Below, in pieces: positions 9,367 through 17,065 of a stretch of DNA of 64,000 nucleotides (the first letter of the stretch is position 1; every line of letters begins with the position of its first letter). The notes beneath the pieces are model-generated. The model did no database searches and had not been told where the DNA came from. It worked only from the letters and a program-made list of their open reading frames with translations. This stretch comes from Vicinamibacterales bacterium (GTDB lineage Bacteria; Acidobacteriota; Vicinamibacteria; Vicinamibacterales; 2-12-FULL-66-21): positions 1,749 to 65,748 of the forward strand of contig DATJIW010000054.1 in NCBI GenBank assembly GCA_035492775.1. The letters run 5' to 3'. Position numbers and translations under genes: made by a program.

Positions 9367-10217
9367 ACAACGATCGCGTTGTGCAGGCGTTTTCAGGCAG
9401 TGCCGTCGCCGCGGAAGCGGTTCGCGCGCTGGCAGGGCGCCGCGATGTCGTCACGCTGACGCTCGACATCGGCCAGGGGCAGGATCTCACGGGTGTCCGC
9501 GAGCGTGCGCTGGCGAGCGGGGCCGCCCGCGCCCACGTCCTCGACGTACGCGAAGAGTTCGCGCGCGATTATTTCTGGCCGTCCGTGCAGAGCGGCCGCA
9601 TCGTCTCGGCGCATCCGGGCGAGCTGCTCGTGCCGCTCCTCGCCGCCAAGCTCGTGGAAGTGGCGCGCATCGAGGGAGCGGCAACGGTTGCGCACGAATG
9701 GAGCGGCAGCGACGCCGGCCGCGTGGCCGATGCCGTCGAGCGGCTCGCGCCGGATCTCGAGGTGCTGGCACCAGGGGCAGCCGCAGGGATCTCGGCCGCG
9801 GATGAAGCCACGCTGTGGAGTTCCGCCCGCCTGCGCACGACGGCGGGTTTCGAGTTGACCATCGACGCGGCGGCTGCTCCCGCCGATGGGGCATCGCTCG
9901 AGATCGAGTTCGTCGGAGGTCGACTCCATTCGATAAACGGGATCGAGATGTCGCTCGTCGAGGCGATCGAGAGTCTGGAGACCGTCGCGGGAGCCCATGG
10001 TGTCGGCCGCATCCGGTTGGCGGACGGATCGCGGGTCGAAGCGCCGGCGGCGCTAGTACTCGAACTCGCATATGGCGGACTGACCGCGGCGGCGCCGATC
10101 GCCGATGCACCGCCCGAAGGCATCGTGTCGATGCGCCTGCAGCAGGGGCGATGCGCGATCGTGTCGTGTGTCGCGCGCCACGCGGGTGTCTCCACGCCCG
10201 CTCTGGAGCGTCGCTGA
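9363..10217 (+). CDS. Argininosuccinate-synthase-like protein, short and lacking the catalytic signature motifs (probable pseudoenzyme)
   Basis: 284 aa from MNNDRVVQAF. It is collinear with ArgG (TLDIGQGQDL, LDVREEFARDYFWP, AAKLVEVARIEGAATVAH, HGVGRIRL). The PP-loop SGGLDTS is replaced by SGSAVAA, and GATGKGNDQVRFE by EWSGSDAGRVADA. It is about 115 aa shorter than typical ArgG. ATGA overlap with argR and TGATG overlap with argH. Confidence 0.8.
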   Translation: MNNDRVVQAFSGSAVAAEAVRALAGRRDVVTLTLDIGQGQDLTGVRERALASGAARAHVLDVREEFARDYFWPSVQSGRIVSAHPGELLVPLLAAKLVEVARIEGAATVAHEWSGSDAGRVADAVERLAPDLEVLAPGAAAGISAADEATLWSSARLRTTAGFELTIDAAAAPADGASLEIEFVGGRLHSINGIEMSLVEAIESLETVAGAHGVGRIRLADGSRVEAPAALVLELAYGGLTAAAPIADAPPEGIVSMRLQQGRCAIVSCVARHAGVSTPALERR

Positions 10218-11605
10218 TGGCCCACCTGTGGTCTGGCCGGTTTGCCGGCGATCCCGACGCCGAACTGTTCGACTTCGGAGCCTCGTTCCGCTTCGACCGC
10301 CGTCTGCTCTCGGACGATGTCCGTGGCAGCCGCGCGTGGGCTGCGGCGCTGGCGGCGGCAGGTGCGATTCAGACGGAGGACGCGCGGAAGATCGACGCCG
10401 GGCTGGCGGCGATCCTCGAACGCGCCGAGCGGGAGCCCTCGTTCGTCACCGAGGCGCAGGGCGACGAAGACGTTCACGCATTCGTCGAACGCGAGCTGAT
10501 CGAGCGCATCGGCGACGCCGGGCGCCGGCTGCACACCGGCCGCTCGCGCAACGAACAGGTTGCCGTCGATCTCCGGTTGTACGTCCGCCGGCGGATTCCC
10601 GTGATCCAGCAGGCGATAGCACAGCTCGTTCACGCATTCGTCGAACTCGCCGGCCGCGCGGGCGACTCGCTGATGCCCTCCTACACGCATTTGCGACGGG
10701 CGCAGCCGGTCCTCGTCGCACATTTCATCCTCGGTCACTGCGCGGCGCTGCGACGGGATCACTCACGTCTCGGCGTGGTCTTGACCGAAACGGACGACCT
10801 TCCGCTCGGCTCCGGCGCCGTCGCCGGGACGAATTACGCGATCGACACCGCCGCGCTGGCTGCTGCGCTCGGTTTTTCGCGTGTGGCGCGCAACAGCATC
10901 GACGTGAGCGGCGATCGGGACTTCGTTGCGTCTCTTCTCCACGCCGCTGCGCTCGGCAGCGTGCATCTGAGCCGCATTGCGGAAGATCTCATTCTGTTCA
11001 CCGCCGAGGAATTCGCCTTCTTCGATCTGGCCGATGCCGCCGCCACCGGAAGCAGTCTCATGCCCCAGAAGAAGAATCCCGATCCGATGGAACTGGTGCG
11101 CGGAAAGGCCGGACGCGTCATCGGCCGCCTGACCGGGTGGCTCGCCACGATGAAGAGCCTTCCGTCCGGATACAGCAAGGATCTTCAGGAGGACAAGGAA
11201 GCGCTGTTCGACGCCGAGGACACCTGGATCGCATGCCTGCACGCGGTCCGGACCGTCGTCTCGGGACTCGCGATGAACGCGGCAGCCTCTACGCGCGCGG
11301 CTTCAGGGTTTCTTCTTGCGACTGACGTGGCGGACTATCTGGTGGCGAAAGGACTCCCGTTCCGCGCTGCGCACGAAGTCGTCGGTGTCATCGTCCGCCG
11401 CCTGTTGGAGGAGGGACGGACGTTTGAGGACCTCACGCTGGAGGAGTGGCGCACTCACTCAGAGGCCTTCGACGCAGACGTCCGCGACGTGCTCAATCCG
11501 GCGCACTCCGTCGAGCGAAAGCTGACGCCGCAGTCGACGCATCCGCTCGCTGTCGCTGCGTCGCTCGAAGAGACGCGTGCGTGGTTGGAGACTGCGCACG
11601 CGTGA
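10217..11605 (+). CDS. argH: Argininosuccinate lyase
   Basis: Start trimmed to MAHLWSGRFAGDPD. Fumarate-lyase signature GSSLMPQKKNPD. The track ORF 9815..11605 is a 5' over-extension. Confidence 0.95.
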   Translation: MAHLWSGRFAGDPDAELFDFGASFRFDRRLLSDDVRGSRAWAAALAAAGAIQTEDARKIDAGLAAILERAEREPSFVTEAQGDEDVHAFVERELIERIGDAGRRLHTGRSRNEQVAVDLRLYVRRRIPVIQQAIAQLVHAFVELAGRAGDSLMPSYTHLRRAQPVLVAHFILGHCAALRRDHSRLGVVLTETDDLPLGSGAVAGTNYAIDTAALAAALGFSRVARNSIDVSGDRDFVASLLHAAALGSVHLSRIAEDLILFTAEEFAFFDLADAAATGSSLMPQKKNPDPMELVRGKAGRVIGRLTGWLATMKSLPSGYSKDLQEDKEALFDAEDTWIACLHAVRTVVSGLAMNAAASTRAASGFLLATDVADYLVAKGLPFRAAHEVVGVIVRRLLEEGRTFEDLTLEEWRTHSEAFDADVRDVLNPAHSVERKLTPQSTHPLAVAASLEETRAWLETAHA

Positions 11606-11648
11606 AGCGCATTTTCGAGTCGACGATCCATCCACGTGCGTACAGGAA

Positions 11649-11700
11649 AACTCCCAACTCCCCTCGCGCCGGGGGAGTCGGGAGTTGGCCGTTGGGAGTT
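11649..11700. terminator. 15-bp-stem hairpin (AACTCCCAACTCCCC / GGGGAGTCGGGAGTT) plus an extra GTTGGGAGTT half-copy; probable bidirectional terminator between convergent genes
   Basis: Inverted repeat with one mismatch and an 8-nt loop, lying between the argH stop (11605) and the outer-membrane-protein stop (11709). Same GGGAG-TGGGAG motif family as 16980..17027. Confidence 0.6.
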
Positions 11701-11708
11701 ACCCGCCG

Positions 11709-12350
11709 TCAGAACTTGAAAGCCACACCCAGCGATCCGCGCCAGAAGTGGAAGTTGCTCAGCCCCAGACCCGTCGTGTTGTCGCTCGATCCGGTGAACG
11801 AGCGGAAGTATCGGATGTCACCGCGAATTCCGACGTTCTGCGTGAAGTAACCCATCACGCCCGCACCGAGATCGAAGCCGAAATCGTTCTTCGTCGTGAC
11901 GTCGAAGAATCCGGTCGCGTCCTGAAGGTTCGTGCGAACCAGGCCGACGCCGCCCACGGCATACGGCCGGATCGATCCGCCATGACCGCCGAGCGGCGCG
12001 CCGACGATGACGTTGCCGGTCAACGTCGTCACGTTGCTGTCGTTCGTGAAGTCGAACGCGTTGTTCGTGGCGGTCCCGGTTTCGAAGAAGTTCGGCGAGT
12101 ACCCGAAATCCGCTTCCCATCCGATGATGCCGGCGCCCATCTGAGCGACCGACACGCCGTAGTTGATCTTGTGCTCGAACTGGTTGGAGAAGCTCTCTCC
12201 AGCGATGGCGTTATTCACGTCCGCAGATCCGCCGAAGTTCCAGCCGACGAACGGCGTGATGACCCAGTCAGCAGACGCGGTCGCCGGCGCGGCGGCAAAC
12301 GCCGCGGCGCACATAGCGGATGTAACGATCAGTTTTCTCAACATCGACAA
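11709..12350 (-). CDS. Outer-membrane beta-barrel protein (OmpW/OmpA-beta-barrel-like)
   Basis: Signal peptide MSMLRKLIVTSAMCAAAFAAAPATASA, alternating amphipathic strands rich in G/Y/F, and a C-terminal ...GSLGVAFKF ending in Phe. Confidence 0.8.
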   Translation of the reverse strand: MSMLRKLIVTSAMCAAAFAAAPATASADWVITPFVGWNFGGSADVNNAIAGESFSNQFEHKINYGVSVAQMGAGIIGWEADFGYSPNFFETGTATNNAFDFTNDSNVTTLTGNVIVGAPLGGHGGSIRPYAVGGVGLVRTNLQDATGFFDVTTKNDFGFDLGAGVMGYFTQNVGIRGDIRYFRSFTGSSDNTTGLGLSNFHFWRGSLGVAFKF

Positions 12351-12428
12351 CTCCTGCGTATGCGGCGCGTCAGGCCGCCTGTATGAACCCGCTGTGGCCA
12401 GTGCAATCGATATGCCCCGGAACAGGGC

Positions 12429-13829
12429 CTAAACAGTGGAGTTGTCCGCGGCCAGGTTCAACAACTGCCAGGCGCGGCGGATGTGGGGTTCCGCGCTGCG
12501 CAGGTGTCCGATCGCGAGACGGAATGCGTACCTACCGTCGAGCTTCGTGTGGGAAAGAAAGACCTCTCCGGATCGATTCACCTCATCCAGGACGCGCTGA
12601 TGCGCCTCGTCGCTGTGATCCTGCCTCAACCGGAAGCAGACGACGCTGAACGGAACGGGCGCGGCCAGTTCGAATCGATCGCTCGCGTCCACCCACTCCG
12701 CGAACAGTCGTGCCAGGCGCATGTGTTCGGCGATTCGCTCGCGTAGACCATTCGCGCCGAAGTGCCTGAGTACCATCCAGAGCTTCAGCGCGCGGAAACG
12801 GCGTCCGAGCTGGATGCCCGTGTCCATCAGGTTCCTGACGCCCGCCTCGCGCGTGAGGAGGTATTCAGGCGTGAGCGAAAACGCCTGGCGGATCGTGTCC
12901 ATGCGGCGGCAATACAGCACGCTGCAGTCGAAAGGCGTGAACAGCCACTTGTGGGGATTGACGACAACAGAATCGGCGGCGGAAACGCCGTCGAAAATCC
13001 ATTCCCAGCCGGGAACCATCGCGGCGACGCCCGCATACGCCGCGTCGACGTGCAGCCAGAGGCGTTCGCCGCTGCAGATCGCGGCGACGGCATCAACCGG
13101 ATCGACACTGGTGGTCGACGTCGTGCCGACCGTCGCGACAACGGCGAGCGGCAGGATGCCTGCGCGGCGGTCATCGCCGATTGCGGTCTCGAGCTGTCGG
13201 GGGTCCATCCTGAACTGCGCATCCGCGGGAATGCGGCGAAGCGCCGAGCGACCGAGGCCGAGCAGCATGACAGCCTTGTCGACCGACGAATGCGCATGTT
13301 CGGAGCAGTACACGCGGACGCGGGGAACATCGGATCGTCCCGCGAGCCCGCCGCCGCGGACATCCGGCAGTGCGGCCTCCCGCGCCGCCGCGAGCGCGTG
13401 CAGCGTCGATATCGAGGCCGTGTCGTAGATGACGCCTTCGAACGTGTCGGGGAGGCGCAGCAGCGATCGGAGCCACCCGAGCGTTACTTCTTCGAGTTCC
13501 GTCGCAGCGGGCGATGTCCGCCAGAGCATCGCCTGCACGTTCAGTGCGGCGCAGAGGAATTCCGCGAGCACGCCGGGTGCGCTGCCGGTGATCGCGAAAT
13601 AGCCGAAGAAGCCTGGATGATTCCAGTGCGTGATGCCGGGCAGCACGATGCGCTCGAAGTCGGCCCAGATTGCCTCGAACGGCTCGCCGTGCTCAGGCGC
13701 CGAGACAGGAAGTGCGGCGCGAATCGACCCGGGTGCTACGCCGGAGAGAACAGGGTAGGTTTCGGAGTGCTCGAGGTAATCCGCAATCCAATCCGCGATG
13801 CGATGTGCCTGCTGCCTGAAGTCATCCAC
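12429..13829 (-). CDS. Group II PLP-dependent decarboxylase (aromatic-L-amino-acid / tyrosine decarboxylase family)
   Basis: 466 aa. HWNHPGFFGYF motif and PLP-lysine motif VVNPHKWLFTPFDCS. Confidence 0.9.
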   Translation of the reverse strand: MDDFRQQAHRIADWIADYLEHSETYPVLSGVAPGSIRAALPVSAPEHGEPFEAIWADFERIVLPGITHWNHPGFFGYFAITGSAPGVLAEFLCAALNVQAMLWRTSPAATELEEVTLGWLRSLLRLPDTFEGVIYDTASISTLHALAAAREAALPDVRGGGLAGRSDVPRVRVYCSEHAHSSVDKAVMLLGLGRSALRRIPADAQFRMDPRQLETAIGDDRRAGILPLAVVATVGTTSTTSVDPVDAVAAICSGERLWLHVDAAYAGVAAMVPGWEWIFDGVSAADSVVVNPHKWLFTPFDCSVLYCRRMDTIRQAFSLTPEYLLTREAGVRNLMDTGIQLGRRFRALKLWMVLRHFGANGLRERIAEHMRLARLFAEWVDASDRFELAAPVPFSVVCFRLRQDHSDEAHQRVLDEVNRSGEVFLSHTKLDGRYAFRLAIGHLRSAEPHIRRAWQLLNLAADNSTV

Positions 13830-13865
13830 ACCGACAGGGTACCGCGTCGCGGCTGGTTCGCGGCT

Positions 13866-14981
13866 TCATTGCTGCCTGCGCACCTGAATGGTTGCAGGCG
13901 CCGCAAGGCGAGCCGTGACGATCGTCCCGGGCTGGAACGCGGCGGGATTCCGATCACCCGCCATCACGATCGCCGTGCCGCCGCCGGCCCCGGCCATGCC
14001 GCCGATCATCGCGCCCTTGCCGCCGCCGAGAATGGCGCCGAGGATCGCGCCACCAACGGCCGCGCCGCCGATCTTCTTCGTGCTGTCCGCAGCAGGCGCT
14101 TCGCCGTCCCGCATGATCGTTTCCGTCCGGAGCGGAACTTCGCTGCCGTCGCCGAGCACCAGCGTGTGGAACCGGATTGCGAGGTGCGCTCGATCCCTGA
14201 CCTTACCGCCGCGGTCGACCTGCGTCACCGACCCGAGCACGCGCGAGCCCGCCGGAATCGCCACGCGCCCGTCGACCAGCACGTCGCGCGTCACGCGTGC
14301 CTCGACTCGATCTTCCACGCGTGCGTGCTCTGACGTCAGCGCCGACTCGAGTTGCAGCCCAATGACGGAAGACGCCGGCAGCACCAGTTCCTCGAACTGC
14401 GGCGCCCGGGGCGCCTCAGCCGCGGCGCTCTTCGTTTGCTCCGACGCTGATGGCGGTGGCACCGACGGCACGGGCGCAGGCGATGACTCGACGGCTGGCG
14501 CCGGGGGAACCTGTGACGCAACCGGATGGGCGCCAGCTGGTGCGGTCTGTGCCGGATGGTTCTTCGCGACGACGTCGACCGGCCTGGATGACGCCGGCGG
14601 TTTCACCGCGTGCGACTTTGCAGCCGCGGTCGGAGAAGAACGCTCTGCTGCCGCATGGCGCTCCGGGGCTGCCTTCACCGACGCCGCGGGAGCAGGCGTC
14701 GAAGGCTCTGGCGTCTGCGCCGGGGCGGCTGATGGCGGAGCGGGTGAAACCGTGGCTTCGGTTTCACGGACGCCCTGGTCCTTGGCCGCGGTGGGCGTCG
14801 AGGCCGACGTTGGGGCCGTGATCGGCTCAGAAGTGACCTGAACCTCGGCCGCATTGTGTCTCGCCGCGACGTACGCGCCGCCGGCAGCCGCAGTCAAACT
14901 GCCGAGCGCCAATAGTCCGAACACCAGAGGCTTGGAAAACATGGATCGTCCTGTCGTTATTGCTGTCAGCCGGTTGAGCAA
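13866..14981 (-). CDS. Hypothetical membrane-anchored protein with an Ala/Pro-rich linker and a C-terminal glycine-zipper segment
   Basis: N-terminal TM FSKPLVFGLLALGSLTAAAGGAYVAA, a long low-complexity P/A/S region, a beta-rich domain, then GGAAVGGAILGAILGGGKGAMIGGMAGAGGG. Start uncertain (an alternative Met lies 13 codons in). Confidence 0.6.
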   Translation of the reverse strand: MLNRLTAITTGRSMFSKPLVFGLLALGSLTAAAGGAYVAARHNAAEVQVTSEPITAPTSASTPTAAKDQGVRETEATVSPAPPSAAPAQTPEPSTPAPAASVKAAPERHAAAERSSPTAAAKSHAVKPPASSRPVDVVAKNHPAQTAPAGAHPVASQVPPAPAVESSPAPVPSVPPPSASEQTKSAAAEAPRAPQFEELVLPASSVIGLQLESALTSEHARVEDRVEARVTRDVLVDGRVAIPAGSRVLGSVTQVDRGGKVRDRAHLAIRFHTLVLGDGSEVPLRTETIMRDGEAPAADSTKKIGGAAVGGAILGAILGGGKGAMIGGMAGAGGGTAIVMAGDRNPAAFQPGTIVTARLAAPATIQVRRQQ

Positions 14982-15160
14982 GGCCCGTACCCTCTAGAAA
15001 CTGCCGCGAAACAGCCGTTTCCACCAGGGGGACCGCCGCCGCGGGGACAGTCGCTGTCCTCCCCGCAGGACCCCACGGCGCTGTAGTTTCCCTGACAGGC
15101 CCTGTTTACTGTATTTCGGCCGGCACTGCCGTTGCACTATAGGGGAGTACGGGAGGTTCC

Positions 15161-15739
15161 ATGCGTCGTCTGATGATCGTGATGGGGATTGCCGCGATGT
15201 CGTTCGCAAACCGCGCAGACGCGCTGACCGTCCAGGACGTGATCGAACTGTCGAAGGCGGGTGTTTCGGACCAGGTTCTGCTTGCGTTGATCGACGTCGA
15301 TCGCCGCGTCTACACGCTCGATGCGGACTCCGTGAAAACGATGAAGGCGGCGGGAGTCAGCGACACCGTTCTACTGGCGATGATTCATGCGGGCCGGGAC
15401 GACAGCACGCCGCCATCCGACGTGCAGTCGCCGATGCCGGAGGATGCGCAGTTCGATCAAGAGCCGCCGCCCGTTGACTATGGCAACGTGACGGAAATTC
15501 GCGAGGTGCCGGTTCCCGTGCCGGTGCCCGTCGCCGTTCCCGTTGCGGTGCCGGTCGTGTCCGGCGACCGTCATCACAACCGCATATCGACGATCGTGAC
15601 GACTGATACCGGAGCGGCTGTTCGCGTCAACGTGCCGGTTCCGGCGAACTGCCTGAAAGCGGAGCCGGTCTACTGGGGTAATGGCGGCAAGCGTCGTCCT
15701 GGAACGTGGGAGCCGCCGCCGCAGATCGTCTGCCGGTAG
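15161..15739 (+). CDS. Hypothetical secreted protein with two short helical repeats and a (V/A)P repeat tract
   Basis: RBS GGGAGG upstream. Signal peptide MRRLMIVMGIAAMSFANRADA. Repeats AGVSDQVLLALID / AGVSDTVLLAMIH. Tract VPVPVPVPVAVPVAVPVV. Confidence 0.65.
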   Translation: MRRLMIVMGIAAMSFANRADALTVQDVIELSKAGVSDQVLLALIDVDRRVYTLDADSVKTMKAAGVSDTVLLAMIHAGRDDSTPPSDVQSPMPEDAQFDQEPPPVDYGNVTEIREVPVPVPVPVAVPVAVPVVSGDRHHNRISTIVTTDTGAAVRVNVPVPANCLKAEPVYWGNGGKRRPGTWEPPPQIVCR

Positions 15740-15767
15740 CCGTTCCACGAGTCGCGGGATTCTCGGG

Positions 15768-15811
15768 ACCAACCGTCGGACGGCAGGCGGCACCAACCGT
15801 CGAACGGCAGG
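15768..15811. terminator. Two 20-bp direct repeats (ACCAACCGTCGGACGGCAGG / ACCAACCGTCGAACGGCAGG), each with a small internal palindrome, between convergent genes
   Basis: Read directly from the sequence. Copies are at 15768-15787 and 15792-15811 with one mismatch. They lie between the stops at 15739 (+) and 15818 (-). Confidence 0.4.
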
Positions 15812-15817
15812 ACGTCC

Positions 15818-16924
15818 TCACGCTGATTTCTTCAACTCGTCGCGGATTCTCCTGCCAGCCGCGAGTGCTGCGGGGAGCAGCGCGATCGTTCCAATCAGCA
15901 GATCACTGGGCTTTGGTTTCGGCGATTCCGCCGCCGCCGGCCGGTCGATATCGCAGTTGACGTCCTCGGGTATCGGCTTGATCGGAATCTCGCCGTTCGC
16001 GCGCTTCTCCTCGTACCGGCGCTCGGCGCGCGCGCCGATGGCTTTCTTCTCGCCGGCTACGCGCTCGCCAGGATCCTTTCCATACGGCGACGCGTGCTCG
16101 ATCTCGGAGTTCAGTTCCGCACCGACGAGGAGCGCCAGTCCCGACACGTAGAACCAGAGCATCAGCACCATCACTCCGCCGATCGCGCCGTAGCTCGCGT
16201 TGGCATTCGGCACGAGCTGGTAGTACAGCTTCAAGCCCAGCGAGACGAGAATCCACAGCGCGGTGGCCAGCAGCGAGCCTGGCGTGAGCCACACCCAGTC
16301 CTGCTCGACGTCCGGCGCAAAGTAATAGACCATGCCGATCGCCGTCGCGACGAGCGCGAATACGACGGGCCACTGCAGAATCCACCATGTCCACTTGAAT
16401 GCGTCGCCGAGATGCATCGAATTCGCAAGATGTTCGGCGAACGCCGGGCCGGCAAGGACGAGGAACATCGACGCGAGAATGAACATGGCCAGGCCGACGG
16501 TGAGCCCGACCGCCGTCATCCGCGTCTTCCACCACGGACGCGACTCGGTCACGTCGTAGCAGGTATTCATCGTGGTGATGATCGAAACCATCGCGCCAGA
16601 GCTGCTCCAGACCGTCGCGAGAAACGCGAACGTCAGCAGTCCGCCGCTGTTCTTCTCGGCCAGCTGCCGGAGCTGCGTGTTGATGATGTCGATCACCTCT
16701 CGTGGCGCGACGCGCCCGAGCATCTGCACCACGTTGTCAGTCAGCGATGCCAGCGGAAAGAAGCTCGCGACCGAAAGGACGAACAGCAGAGCCGGAAAGA
16801 GTGCGAAGAAGAAGTAGTACGCCTGCTGCGCTGCCAGATCGAAGATGTTGTCGGTCCACGCCTCTCGGCCCGTGCGCTTGAAGACGTCCATCCAGCTCAG
16901 AGGTACTTTGAAGCGCGCCAGCAT
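15818..16924 (-). CDS. YihY/BrkB (ribonuclease BN-like) family inner-membrane protein
   Basis: 368 aa from MLARFKVPLSWMDVFKRTGREAWTDNIFDLAAQQAYYFFFALFP... (ATG at 16922-16924), a typical YihY N-terminus with about 6 TM segments. The rest of track ORF 15818..19150 is antisense to the peptidase gene. Confidence 0.88.
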   Translation of the reverse strand: MLARFKVPLSWMDVFKRTGREAWTDNIFDLAAQQAYYFFFALFPALLFVLSVASFFPLASLTDNVVQMLGRVAPREVIDIINTQLRQLAEKNSGGLLTFAFLATVWSSSGAMVSIITTMNTCYDVTESRPWWKTRMTAVGLTVGLAMFILASMFLVLAGPAFAEHLANSMHLGDAFKWTWWILQWPVVFALVATAIGMVYYFAPDVEQDWVWLTPGSLLATALWILVSLGLKLYYQLVPNANASYGAIGGVMVLMLWFYVSGLALLVGAELNSEIEHASPYGKDPGERVAGEKKAIGARAERRYEEKRANGEIPIKPIPEDVNCDIDRPAAAESPKPKPSDLLIGTIALLPAALAAGRRIRDELKKSA

Positions 16925-16979
16925 GCCTGGTGCACTAGCAAATCCTGTGCTATAAACCCGCCCGGACCAGAACGCACGG

Positions 16980-17027
16980 CTCCCAACGCGCAGCTCCCAG
17001 ACACCGACTTCGGAACTGGGAGTGGGA
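16980..17027. repeat. Nested hairpin of the GGGAG-TGGGAG repeat family (CTCCCA..CTCCCAG / CTGGGAG-TGGGAG)
   Basis: Read directly. Lies in the divergent intergenic region, in the putative 5' leader of the peptidase gene. Same motif as 11649..11700. Confidence 0.55.
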
Positions 17028-17065
17028 GATCGGGGCGCATCTGGATCACGGCAATTGGAGGATTC

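Noticed and set aside
9815-10216. 5' extension of argH (track ORF 9815..11605), and similarly 46689..48032 for panE, 5820..6389 for the GNAT, 7025..7222 for argD and 53719..53892 for the Mo subunit
   Set aside because: The conserved N-termini begin at the internal Met codons, which also form ATGA/TGATG overlaps with the neighbouring genes. The extensions overlap other well-supported genes.
16094-17065. 5' extension of the plus-strand ORF 16094..20119
   Set aside because: It is antisense to yihY. A GGAGGA RBS plus the ATG at 17066 is followed by a signal-peptide-like N-terminus, and the upstream translation is Arg/Glu/His-rich noise.
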